A stretch of DNA of 64,000 nucleotides from Yuukianura sp. NJ FZ-2021 (lineage: Eukaryota), in NCBI GenBank assembly GCA_046563655.1, contig CM102286.1:2108001-2172000 (forward strand), given 5' to 3'. The position numbers were made by a program, and so were the translations under genes. The notes below the pieces were generated by a model, which worked only from the letters and a program-made list of their open reading frames with translations, had not been told where the DNA came from and made no database searches. Positions 42,141 through 54,413 of this stretch are shown here, in pieces (the first letter of the stretch is position 1; each line of letters opens with the position of its first letter).

Positions 42141-42851
42141 ATGGGTGCAGATCACTCAGCTCTTCAGATTCCGCTTGTGCCTCAACAAGTCCCGATTTGT
42201 GCCGTAGAACCGCGATTTTGCCTCCCGCGATCCGTGCAACTCCGAATCCGCGAAAAAATGTTTTCAATGTCGGGAGATGACTTTAAAATTACGGACTCCA
42301 CAGACGGAACAGTCTATTTCCGATGTGCTGGCAGAGCATTTAGCCTTAGGGAGAAGAAGACGCTGCTGGACAACATGGGCGTTCCAGTGCTCAACATGAA
42401 AGAGGCATTCATGACCTTCTCAGACAAGTTCACAATTTACGCTGGAGATTCTTCAGACAGGGTAAAAAAAATAGAATACTGCGCCGCTTAATTCAAACTC
42501 GCCAGTTTCTGAGTAAATGAAAACTTTTTGTTTCAATTTTTTTAGATGATTTGCAAATTTCGTACACAGTGGAACTTTGTCAAGGCCAAAATGTATGCGG
42601 AGTTTACCGACGTCGTTACTGGACAACCTCGATGTGTTGTACTCAAAGGTGACTGGAGTTCCAAAGTGGCCTTGGCGTATCTCGGAGAACCGAAACAAGG
42701 TGGAATTCCAATTGGAAAAGTATATCGACCTTTGACCGGAAGATCATTCTTTGGAGCTGACGAATACATCATTGAAATTGCTCCGGGCGTTGACATTTCG
42801 CTGCTTGTCATCATGTGCATTGCCCTCGACGAACACAAAAAGGATGACTGA
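42141..42851 (+). CDS. LURP-one-related protein, copy 3
   Basis: Same motifs; intron 42462-42545; frame intact. Confidence 0.85.
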
Positions 42852-43653
42852 AGGAAATTACGGACAATTGCAATTTAGATTTATGCATAATTCAGAAAAA
42901 AAGTGCAATGCAAAAAAGCTGTGACTAATCTAAAAGTCATAGCATTTCGCCTTCTCTGTTTTTTTTTCAAGAAAGTCGTACAACAAATGAGATTATAACC
43001 AAAATACTGCCAGTATTTTTTGAAATGTGCGCCATATCGACATTTGTTGTAAACTTTGAAAAATGCCCTGTTATTACTGCTTATAAAATCATGTAGTAAT
43101 TAGAATTAGTTACAAAAATGCCAAAAAAAATAGATTGTCAGTGTGAAAATATGAATTCTACAACATAACATAAAGCTATATTATTGAAGTCCGTGTTTTG
43201 AAATTGATGGTTGAGCTACATTGTCGTTTTTAATTAATTAATTAACAGTTAATAAATAACAGTCGTATTTAATAACAATTAATTGATAACAGTCGTATTG
43301 AAATTGATAAGATGTTCATACAATAACATTCTGCAGCTTTATTATTGTTTTAAATAAAATTTCTTGCTTTTGACTTATTCGGAGAAAGTGCGACTTTCGT
43401 GTTTTGTAAAAGTGATGTGGCTACGCGGTACATTTAAAAGTCTCATTTCAATTTTTTGACTTTTCGCTTTTCGGTTTCTTTTGCACAAAGTTACACATTT
43501 TGAGTGTTAATTTTCATTTTTCTGTGTTCATTTATCATTTTCAGTAAGCATTTTTGAATTGGGAAGTGCCAACTCACTAATTACTTAGCCATAAACGGTT
43601 GGTGGATAGTGTAAACCTGTTTTGAGTATTGAGTTTAGTGTATTTTGTAATCA

Positions 43654-44546
43654 ATGATGACCTCTCAGAGTACAATGGCGGTAAGTGTCCTTCTGGGACT
43701 CCTTTTCTGTGGTCTCACGGATTCACTCATGTTTCATCTTCAACCATCCGGTCAAAAATGTCTCCGAGAAGAAATACACAAAGATGTTCTCGTGTCTGGC
43801 GACTTTGAAATTACTGAAATCCCTGGGCAGACTGTCGACCTTCATGTAAGCATTCGCAAAAATCCTTTGTACCATATGTCAAGTAAACTGAATAACTTCA
43901 TGTTAATTGATTATGTTTTGGTAACAGGTCATTGACTCCAAAGGGGGTACTCTGTGGAAGAAAGATCATGCCGAGAAGGGCAGATTCACATTTACTACGG
44001 ATGAATATGAAGTGTACGAAATCTGCTTTTCTTCAAAAGTTCCACACGGTATGAACACAGCTGATGTTGATAAAGAGCATACTTGATACTGCCAGTATCT
44101 AGAATACTGGATAAATTCAACCTAACATTTGACATTTTGAATGACAGGTACACGCGGATTCCCACAAGAAGTTTACCTCAATACGAAACATGGTGTAGAG
44201 GCCAAGAGCTACGAAGGGGTAAGGAATCAAACGTATGATTAGTAGAAGTTCAGCTAAACTTTCTGGACATAAATCGTTTATTTTTTATTCTAACTAGCTG
44301 GATGAAGCTGCGAAGCTGAAACCACTGGAAGTGGAACTCAAACGACTGGAAGATCTATCGGAATCAATTGTCAAAGACTTCAGTTTCATGCGTCTGCGTG
44401 AAGAGGAGATGCGAGATACGAATGAGTCTACCAATTCACGCGTACTGTACTTTTCAATATTTTCCATGCTATGCTTGCTAGGACTCGCAACTTGGCAAAT
44501 CATCTATCTACGCTCGTTTTTCAAGTCAAAGAAGCTCATTGAATAA
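43654..44546 (+). CDS. TMED10: Transmembrane emp24 domain protein 10 (p24 delta / baiser)
   Basis: Signal peptide, [70 protein letters not shown]. Confidence 0.95.
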
Positions 44547-45183
44547 GTCATGGAAATCTGAATGAAATTGGTGCAGACGTTTGTAAATTCTTAAAAGATT
44601 GGCATTGCTAATTTGAAAAAAAAAACTGTTTACTTATTTTAGTTAACTTTCAATAGAGAATTCTCAGTTAATCAAATTCAGGATTAATCAAAAGTTAAGA
44701 CTCCATTAATAAAAGATTTGTATTTATTTTTTTCTTCCCAAATAATACTACTTTGTAATATCACAACACTCGACGCTTTTCAAAAACAAAAAATGTTCGA
44801 GTAAATCAGCTTTTTGCGAGCAAGATAAGAGGGAAACCGAACGTTAGAGCTCAGGGAAACGCGGGGTTATTACTGATTTGAAACGTTTTATAACTGGAAT
44901 GCCCACATTATTGCTCACTAAATTAAAAAAAAACGTTAAAACTCTTGTTCTTTACGAACTAAAATAGCACCAATGACTGACTGACCACCACTAACGATAA
45001 GTTCTACCGATTTGGAATGATTCGTCACACGTCCAGAAGGCTTGATCGATTTAAAAATACCGCGAACAAGACTTGCCAGTCCCAACTGCAAAACAAACCC
45101 AAACGTTATGTTAACGTTTCACTTTCCTGTACTTCGTACAATTGCAATTAGTAATTCAGTTCGTAATTTACCAGTCCATTGTT

Positions 45184-47218
45184 TTAATAGTTTGGATGCC
45201 TAGGAAAGACGAGTGTTTTGGCCAACATGTAGGATAAATCTGGAAGCTGCTCCAGGATACGAATGGCTTCTTTGTTCATTGGCGGAGTGGAGGAAACTGA
45301 AGCGACTTCTTCTATTGGAGACACGTCAGCATCAGGACTACAGTCATCTAGAAACAAAAACCACAAATGAAAATTCAGCGTTCATCGATATCACTTATCA
45401 CCAGCACGCCGAGAATTTTATATGTGATAAGCATGAAAAACTCACCGAGCCGCTCAATTCGCATACCCTCGTCTGTTTCCGGAGGATAATCGAAGCTGCG
45501 ACGTGCTGGCACAACAGATTCTGGTAGCAACGGAGAATCTACCAGACTCGACGCAAATTTTGGAACTTGTATTGTCCCATATTTTGCACTGTACACCTAT
45601 TTAAAAGACATACAAAATAGTCAGTCTATCATTCATAAAATGGTGATGATGATGATGCTGATGTGATGATGATGATGATGATGATGAATTGAAACTTACG
45701 ATATTGGAGTAGTCAATGTTTAGACTATTGAGAAGGAGATGATGGACACCGCTGCGTGGCCACTTGTGCAGTAAGCAATTGCTGTCTTCGAATTCCTGGA
45801 CATGCGTCCACGTGGAATTGGAATTAGAGGCACGATTTCCCAATTGTTTGTCAATTGATTCCAACGGATTTAGCTGCACTTCGTCTGATAGACTGAAGGG
45901 AGGAGATGGCTGGTTGAATACTGATTTGATAAGGGCATCTAGCCTTCCTTCTAACTGTACTGACTCTCTTCGGATTATTGGTGCAACTGGAGGCGTTGGA
46001 GCAGGCATGGAAGGCATCACTGAACATGACGGTGTAGAAACAGTCTGGAACGAGTCTAATAGTCAACAAACGATTAAGATTAATTAGAAAATGTCAATGA
46101 AATATGTACTGATTCTACTTTTACAATTCCACCTTTCGCTTCGGAAGAAGCAAAATCCCCGAAATCGTCCTCTTCGTCTTCTTGTTCTGCAAAATCTGGC
46201 ACTGGGGAGGGTGACCTCGGTTTGACATCTAAGGGATACGTTTGGGCTACTTCCACTTCTGGCTTTGAATCATCAAAACTTGGAAATGAAGGCTGGAAAT
46301 CTGGCACTGACTCATCGCAAGGAATTGTTGCCGAAGATGCTGTAAATGATTAACAGGATTACAATCGATACTTTCTATTTTTATTCAAGAAGTGTGGAAA
46401 TATTGTACCAATTGCCTCGGATGCTGTGAAATCGCCAAAATCACCGAAATCATCATCTTCGTTAACTTCGGGAACATCATTTTCTATTGGTTTCGCTATA
46501 TTGACTTCGGCGTGTTGAAAATTCCATTGTTCTTCGTCATCATCGTCAGAAAGCTTGAACTCTGGACACTCCAACGGTTCATCATCAGACTTTGAGCAAG
46601 TTCCGTTAACTAAGGAGGGAATCTCGTACGTGTCAGGAAGTCCTTCTGTAGCAGCAATTTCTTCTATTGGTGAGTCTCTATTAGACTGTAAACCTTGAAA
46701 CGCAAAGTTAAGCTAAGATGAATGTCCGTCCAGTCATTCCCAAGACTTTATACTGATTCCGACATACCTGTACAAGTTTCAGCGAAATCACCAGTATCCT
46801 CGGCTACTCCTATTGCTTCAGCTACGGAAGAGGTATTCGAATCCTCATCTTCCCTTGAATCCACTCCATTATTAGTTGACGACGATGAAACAACCGATTC
46901 GACTTGTGGCGTGGGAACAGCTAACGGTGATACTTTGTAATTATTGGAATTTGAGGCTGAGGCAAGTGGTGGCTTCCTCGGTGAGCTCATTGGAGATGGA
47001 TCTAAGAACAATCAAAAAGTAAGTCGTTTTCCAGTTAACATGAAAACAGAACTGTTGAAGCAACTCTTAAATCGAAGTCGTCATGTCTTGTTCTTACCCG
47101 CTGAAACGTCCAGATGGAGTCCATTTGACCTAAATTCATCGTCGAACTCTTCTCCATCCTCTTCATCGGAATCAATTGGAGGAGGTTCGTTCGATATCAT
47201 TGCCGGAAAGGCAGACAT
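45184..47218 (-). CDS. AFTPH: Aftiphilin (AP-1/clathrin accessory protein)
   Basis: PPP + acidic N-terminus, repeated DDDFGDF gamma-ear motifs, WTHVQEFEDSNCLLHKWPRSGVHHLLLNSLNID block, C-terminal ILEQLPDLSYMLAKTLVFP; in-frame upstream ATG at 47266 also possible. Confidence 0.85.
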
Positions 47219-48007
47219 TTTGTTCGTCGTCCTTCCTCCTTCCCTTATTATCTCAGTCTTGAGCATGCAAGCAACCTTGAAGACAAAGAACAAAAACACT
47301 TATTTACGAAACATGATTTATAATTCTGAGTCAACTACTTCTGTTGAGGTCCTCAACTTGAGGACGACAGAAATTCCTAGCAATTTCTTCTGCTTCCTGA
47401 ATATTCCGTCTTTAGTACGAAAAAAAACCTATGTTTTGCTTACCTACATTGACCATTGATATCCTATCTACGGAGTTTTCACAATGGACAATTAAAATCC
47501 AGCGGAAGAACACTTACTACTGCATGAAGATAAGATAAACAATAAACACCAGCTTTCACTTTTTACACATTCATAAATCAATTAAAATTCACCTGATTAT
47601 TCTTATTCTCCCCTTTGAAATTCGTGGGGTAATGCCAAGTACTTCTAACAGATGGCAATTCAACCTGTGCTTCCCCAATGGTGCTGTATACACTGAAATC
47701 CCTGTAATCTGTAAGTTTAATCGATTGAATTAACTGAATTACTAATTACAGTGGTGCCTAACTTGAACAACTTTCGAATTCAAATATCCAAACAACGATA
47801 AAATACTGGACGACTGGCCTGCTTCTTTCAGATTGTCGGTTGGTTCCAGCGTTCAGCAGCGATGTTGAAGTAGTACGCACCGGTACTGGTGCTTCGGCTA
47901 CAAAATGCAGAGGCTTTGTATGGACTTATTGATCGATCAATATACTTCGACACCCTCCAGGTTCAAAGATTTAACGGTTCAAGCTTCAATAGCAACATTG
48001 GAATTAG

Positions 48008-48020
48008 GTAACCTAGCAAC
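48008..48020. promoter_or_regulatory. RFX X-box upstream of ARL16
   Basis: GTAACCTAGCAAC (GTNRCC-N-RGYAAC), 160 bp upstream of the ATG. Confidence 0.6.
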
Positions 48021-48179
48021 AGAAGCCAAAACATCGCATGACAAAGACATCACTTGAACATTGAATGCGACGCTTTTGAAGGGAACAAAAGCATTGGAAT
48101 AAAACTGACATCAAAATACACATGTAGACCATTAGATTGACAGCAGTTTCCTTGTTTGAATTGAAATTGAATTAAAAAA

Positions 48180-48839
48180 ATGTCGGTTCTGTGCTTGGGT
48201 CCTCCGGGATCCGGCAAAAGTTTGCTTCTGAAACGACTTCAAAATCACAGCGTAACGAAAATTACTGTTCCAATTGAAACTGTTGGAACGAACCTTGTCA
48301 TAATTCCAAAAACTTCTGGGTCAATCGACGACAAAACGAAAAAACGGAAGCAGGATAAGGAAGATGGCCTGGAAGTTCGGGAAGTTGGTGGGTCAATGGC
48401 TCCCTTGTGGCCGTCTTACTACGGCCCATCAATTAGATCTGTAAAGTCACAAAAAATCTATCAAATAAGATAAAATATATTATTAACAATATAAATATAA
48501 TAAATGTTTTACCTCTTCTAGATCCTGTTTGTCATCGATGCTAGCAATCTCTTCCAAGTATCAATTTCCACTGTGATGCTGATGGAGATCTTGTCACATT
48601 CGAAGTTGACCCAGGCAAAAGTACTTATAGTCTTGACTAAAGTAGATGTCACGGTACGTAAAAAAATCAATTACCTAAAGTTCATGATTCGACTTCCAAG
48701 TATTTTACAAGAGTTAGGCCCTAGAGTTGCTGCGGAAGAAGTGAGTGCTCTAACTGGAGATGGAATCGAAAACGTTAGATCATGGATTTTCAAAAATTCT
48801 TTACCGCCAAAAGTTGCTACTTCAACTGTTCGACACTGA
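48180..48839 (+). CDS. ARL16: ADP-ribosylation factor-like protein 16
   Basis: LCLGPPGSGKSLLLKRLQ, TVGTNL, REVGGSMAPLWPSYY (ARL16-type G3 variant), VLTKVD, VSALTGDG. Confidence 0.85.
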
Positions 48840-48958
48840 TGAATGTTAATTTGAAATATGTAAATTGTAATCCATACTGTAACTGTGTTAACTATACCGT
48901 TAAAAACAAGTCCAGAAATGGTGGAAATAAATACAGCATGTTCCGAATGTCATGTGAT

Positions 48959-51154
48959 CTACATGAGGCGGGGCTTCTTTTCCGGTGGTGGCTTCATTCG
49001 TGGTTGTTGTTGTGGGTTCGGTTGCTGCTGCGACTGAGAGATGCCCGGTTCTTGCTTGATTCTTACGTTTTGGTTTTCTTTTCCCTCCGTCTTGACAGCA
49101 GTGTCTTCAATTGCTTCAAAACAATTTTTGAAAATTCATTTCACATCTCATGAATTTTTGAATTTTGTAAAGAGGCCTGGTTACCTGGTACTGGCTTTGG
49201 AGGTTCTGGTGGCCGCTGCTGTTGTGTCACGACGCGCGGAGCAAACTTTTTGGAAAGTTCGCCCAACAAAATATCGACTCGAACGCGTTGAAACACCGAA
49301 CTCGGTTCATCTTTGACCTTGTCCACTTTCTTCTTGGTCTTATCATCCACGACATCCTTCGTATTGAATTCCCACGAGTATCCTTTAGAAGGATGATATC
49401 GAGCATAGGACACGCATTCAGTAAAGGCTGACTGGAGGTGGTTGATTGTGTTCATCTAAGGAATTAAGAAACGTTACCGTAAAACTTCTAATAAACGACG
49501 GAGGTAAAAGTTCGGATTTTGAATAAACGTCCGGGTATTTATGAGAAGTTTTACGGTATAACTTTTAAGAAAGAGTTGGAAGGGAACGAACCAATCGCGA
49601 GTTGACAATTGAGCTCAGATCTGGTGCTTGGTAAACAACTCCAGCGATGCAGTAATAGTCAGCAATGGGTGTCACTTGTCCGCCAGCTGATGCATGTCGA
49701 TGCTGTTTCCGGATAACGTAGAGAATCGGCTCCTGGACATGCAGCAGTATGTACTCCATTCCATCCATGCTACTGCAAATTTCAAACAATTTATATTAAT
49801 AAATCAATCGATTAAGTTTTTTGGTTAAAAATGTTTCAATTTTGAATCTTACTTGAGATGACTGGGACTGAGCCGTTGCATTTTGATAATTTCATTGTTG
49901 CAAGTCTTGTCATAAAATGGATTGGAACGTTCAGAGAAATAGTCGAGAATATTGGCAGCATTTAGAATCGGAATCCATTGGGTATCATGCCATGAAATCC
50001 CTAATAAACCTCCGGCTCCTACAACCAAATGATTAATCGATTAACGGCTTTATACCAGAAGTGGCGGACTTGAGTTTATTCTACTGAAAATAAAAATAAC
50101 ACGAATTATAACAATTCTAAGCTTCTTATGCAGTTTCTTGGTTTTGCTGCTGTTGTTGTTGCTGCTGCTGTTCCAGTATTCGTTGTGCTTTGAGCAAATC
50201 AGCAATTTCCCATTCCCTCTCGTTGACATCGTAGTTCTTCATCTTTTCTATTCCAATCCACCACCGATTTCCAAATCCAATGTCAATTAGACGTTCGTTA
50301 AATTCTCGGAGGCGGGGCTTGAGGTAAGTACACGTAGCACTGATAGCTCCTACTTCCGGTGAGTTGTCGTGTCGCCATACGACAGAAAAGAATCCCAAAC
50401 TTTGGTAACGTAATTGGCCCTTGAGGCGCAGTTTTTCAATCGTGGTGCAATGCTCTACTGAAGCTGGGTTTCTAATAGGAATTCCGACGAGAGCCAGTTT
50501 AGTACGATTTTGAAAACATTCTTCATCGAAATCGGCTTCTGTAGGATTTGTCCACAGGAGGTACCCCATTGCTCCGAAAATGGCAGAGTAGAGTACTGTT
50601 TTCCATGGTTTTTGCTTTCCTTCAGTGTAAGCATCCTTGAACACTTCTCGGTAGTCTCTCCACATGTTGGAGTAGAAAATTATGATTTGTTCTTTCATTG
50701 ACTTCTTTGGAGGCGGAGGAGTTTCTGGTTGAGCAGACTGCGGTACGACGGGTGGCTGGATCTGGACGGGATCTACCGTCGGTGACATTGGAGATGCAGC
50801 AGGAGTAGTAAGTTCATGGCCTGCAGTTTTAGTACCGGGTTTTGATTTGACTATAAACTGAGATGTAGCGGTGAGTGAGAAACATCGTCCAGGGTAATGC
50901 AAATGATGACGAGGATAAAGAATCCGGAGAGATGAAATCCCCCTTGCGATTAACATTCTAAAGTTGACTGCAGTTAACGCCTGAAGAAATTACCACCAGG
51001 AGACCGTGAGCGTTGCGCAAGAGTGAACCAATCGATGATAGATGAAGAGAACCAATCAATTTGAGATCCCTGGTGTTCTTCCCTACCTACGTTGTTGTTT
51101 TTATAAGTAAGGCACGTCTAAATGATTACCTTTCATACTATCGTGTGAGTTCAT
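48959..51154 (-). CDS. MED6: Mediator subunit 6
   Basis: [80 protein letters not shown]; start exon 51154-51130 joins acceptor at 50018 in phase. Confidence 0.92.
49477..49556. mobile_element. 80-bp MITE in MED6 intron, same family as 16980-17279
   Basis: TA-CCGTAAAACTTCTAATAAA ... TTTATGAGAAGTTTTACGG-TA. Confidence 0.8.
50126..50956 (-). CDS. TIMM29: Mitochondrial import inner membrane translocase subunit Tim29 (single coding exon, nested in MED6 intron 1)
   Basis: Arg/Ser-rich presequence, [15 protein letters not shown]+[43 protein letters not shown]. Confidence 0.85.
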   Translation of the reverse strand: MLIARGISSLRILYPRHHLHYPGRCFSLTATSQFIVKSKPGTKTAGHELTTPAASPMSPTVDPVQIQPPVVPQSAQPETPPPPKKSMKEQIIIFYSNMWRDYREVFKDAYTEGKQKPWKTVLYSAIFGAMGYLLWTNPTEADFDEECFQNRTKLALVGIPIRNPASVEHCTTIEKLRLKGQLRYQSLGFFSVVWRHDNSPEVGAISATCTYLKPRLREFNERLIDIGFGNRWWIGIEKMKNYDVNEREWEIADLLKAQRILEQQQQQQQQQNQETA

Positions 51155-52415
51155 TTACTTGAAAGTTAGTTTGGTTGACCTCTCGCGTATCGATTTCTCC
51201 AGATGACCGGAACTAAAAATAGTCCGCACAAATTAGGGAACCAACCAAGAACAAACCAACATTGACATAATGAGTGACAGTAGACGTTTGTTTTGAAAAA
51301 TCCTTACCTGGATTAATAGCTCCAGTAACGTTGACGAGAACTACAGTTTTCAACTGCTATAAAATGCTAATTTAAATACATATTTGTATACCTATTTTAT
51401 TTTCAATCGTTTTTTAAATCACATGTTTCTTTTACCAATTCAAGTGTTTTCCATCCATTGTCGATGTCCTGCAATCAAAAACTGTGTTTCATTTTCAAAA
51501 AAACTGATTTCCCGCACGCAAGATTCAAACGTGCGCGAGATTTTGAACTTAAAATTCTAAAAACTAGTCCACCGAATTGAGGTCACGTTTATCCATACTC
51601 ATTGTACCCACACATTTTTTCTATTTTTATAATTTCAAATTTGAAAGAACTAAATCAATATAAAGTGAAGATATGTTAATAAATGAAGAAAATTCATTGG
51701 CACAATCGTTGCCAAACGGAAGTTAGCAATAAGTGCATGAGCGGTTTGATTTCCGGCCAATGTATGGCGTTGAGAACTCATTTAGTGGGGTAAGCTGTAC
51801 TTCAACCAAGAACTAAAAAACAGGAATTCATAAAAATTAAACTAATTTTTAGTAGTGCGCATGAATTTGAGTTGAAAAGTTAGCAATTCACGGAGATTTC
51901 TTGAGAGTTTGAGATTTTCTTATCTTTCGAGAATGAGAGAGTTTATTTGTTTACCATTCATATACCCCTATCAATCATATTCCTGCTTTTAATTCCACCA
52001 GGCATCTGGGGTGGCGGTGGCAGTTGGTGGGGACAAGTGCTGAATGACAGAGTTTACTGGTTTTCAGTCCATTTCAAATTCAAACCAGAAGGTCAGTCCA
52101 TAGGTTATTACTACCTTTACTTTAGTTTAATCGGTTCGCTCAGGACTTGGGCAGTACGGTGGCAGCCCTAACATCAGAATTTCTGGTTAGTCACATGTTT
52201 GTATTTACGTGAAAATTAATGCATTTGTGTATGTACACAGGGCGGGCCGGGCGGAGTGAAGTGGAAAGTTTTGCAGAAGTGGAATAACTTAGCGCTCAAG
52301 GTCATCTTACACAAAACTTCACTGGAAAGTCGAGGAACTACTGTTTGTGCCAAACACCAAGTTTACACTACCTGTTGCTTTCAAAGTTACGAAGTTACCA
52401 CAAGAAGGCACAGAA

Positions 52416-53501
52416 ATGGATTCATCAAAACGAATTTTACGACCGCCTATAAAAATTTCAATTCTTGAAAAACATGAGAGTGAAGTTTCGTATGGCTGGA
52501 AAGCATGGATGATCTTCAGCTACACAATTATTCTAATCAGTGGTATCGCGACAAGTTTAGCTATTGGCAGTATAATCAAAATGTTTGGAAACGAATGCAT
52601 TTTGTACTCGTCACCGAAAGACGTGAAAGTTACTGCGAACAACACGATTAGTATAGCAACAACTGGAAACAACTGGGGGTCCATGAGCTACTGTAACTTC
52701 TGCCAGTTTTGTCCAGTAGCTTCTGTTATCTTCGCTGGAGTCTGGGGCGTGCTGTTCGTCATGTGTGGACGTGGTGGAAATCCAGATTCCAAGTCAGTAA
52801 CAATTGATTTTCTTCAACGTATTTGATTACAAATACTGTTTTTTTTTGTCTTTTTAGTCTTCCACAGCCCTGGAGAATCGTACCACCAGCGATTGTTTTC
52901 AGTTTCGTCTTTGTTGTACTCTCCTGTGTTAGTGTCGCGCTTACATTTGGTGGATTCGCGTCGTTTTGTGATGCAATAATGGCAACTGTCACGGTGCCCA
53001 GGTAAGAATTTTGACCAACGAGATGGTTAATTGTAATGTACTGTCACTGTCTCCTGGATAACTTTTCACCTTTTGTTTGCTTTTGCAGTTGTGAAGATCT
53101 GGATGAGTACACTTGGCCAGCTTATCCGAAGGCGCAGTTCTTCTACGACGATGTGATTATCGCCGAGGCAAGAATTTTAAACTTGGCAATATCATACTGA
53201 CGGTCGGAATTAGCCAAATGTTTCGTTTCAGGTCGGATCTGCAATCACATTGGTAGCCTGGCTGATGGGATTCCTTATTCTTACAATCCGGTGCATACGA
53301 CACGCCGACTTCCATATCGTAACCAGAGCTTTGGACCAACCAGCATCACCCAGTGACGAAACTGCCATTACCTCTGTGAGTAACAACAGTTCTTCAGTGG
53401 TAAGCCCTAAGTCATCACCAACAGATAATGAGCCACTCATTCTTGTCAATTCCACCCAAAGTGATACACCGTCAAGTTCGACTAAGTTAAGGAAAATGTA
53501 A
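52416..53501 (+). CDS. TMEM179: TMEM179-like four-TM protein
   Basis: F-G-N-E-C-I-L-Y and WGSMSYCNF cysteine motifs, four hydrophobic segments, GFASFC; 4 coding exons incl. GC-AG intron 53168-53231. Confidence 0.65.
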
Positions 53502-54413
53502 CCGTTTGGAGTTCAAGCAGTCCAGTCAGTGACTTTAAGCCTAAAGTGCATGTTACAGCATCGGCAGTTCCTTTGGAAGCTCTTCCACCAAAAGTTGTTT
53601 TAGATGCTTAGGAGTTTTTCTAAATGTAAACGTTAACTTAGCGTATCCTTTCTCTATTTCGAGGTTTAGCAGTTCCAGAACTGTTTTCTCAAAGGGGAGT
53701 GTACACCAATAATCCAACCCAGTTTCCATTGCTCAACTTGTTAAGTTGACATTTGTACCAGTACTAACTAAACTAACATTAAACTTATTTTCTAAAGAAA
53801 GAAACTTATTCTGAAATTTGGAAATGTGCTTAGGCACATGGGGCGACAATAATCAAAAATCAAACTTTGTATAGGCTAGTTTAAGGTGAAGTCGTTTGTT
53901 ATCTGTTCAAAATACTTCCGGTTTTCCAAAATACTGCCGAGAATTCAAAATGTCAAACCCTATCCTTCTCCCAACCATAACATTTTCTTGACCTTAACGA
54001 TTCCACTACATACCGAAGGGACCTATTTGTTGTATCATTCGTTACGAAAACCAAAATGTGACGTAAACTTTAAAAACTAAATCCTGGATTTCTGGTTAAT
54101 CGTAATGCAACTTTACGAAAACAAAATGTTGTTAACTTTGCCATGAACATTTTTGTCTTTAAATCATAAGAAGTGTAGAACATGAAGTGAAGGAGTACGA
54201 ATTTAGAATTTAGCAGTGGAGTTAAAATTAAAGTCGTAGTCAGTTCTTACTTTGAACAAATGCTTTTGAATAATTTTTCAATGGAATGAGCACAAAGGCT
54301 GAGAATACAATGCAAAAGTGTAACTTATTCAAGACCAACAACGGATCCATTGAAGTGTGATGTTGAATTAAACAGGATTTAGATAAGAGTTAACTAATGT
54401 CAATTCGGGAACA

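Larger units (their letters stand above)
37870..43050. repeat. Tandem segmental triplication (~1.4-1.9 kb units including promoter, gene and 3' flank)
   Basis: 37870-38490 nearly identical to 39663-40230 and similar to 41670-42140; 3' flanks 39372-39440 and 42980-43050 also match. Confidence 0.9.

Noticed and set aside
37870..43050. Bacterial or oomycete contamination as the source of the LOR genes
   Set aside because: Host-like short introns and AT-rich flanks, contiguous with animal genes on both sides; mis-assembly remains formally testable
45640..45690. Poly-Ser/poly-His tail in ORF 45601-46020
   Set aside because: It is a (GAT)n microsatellite inside an aftiphilin intron (donor after ..YSNI), not coding
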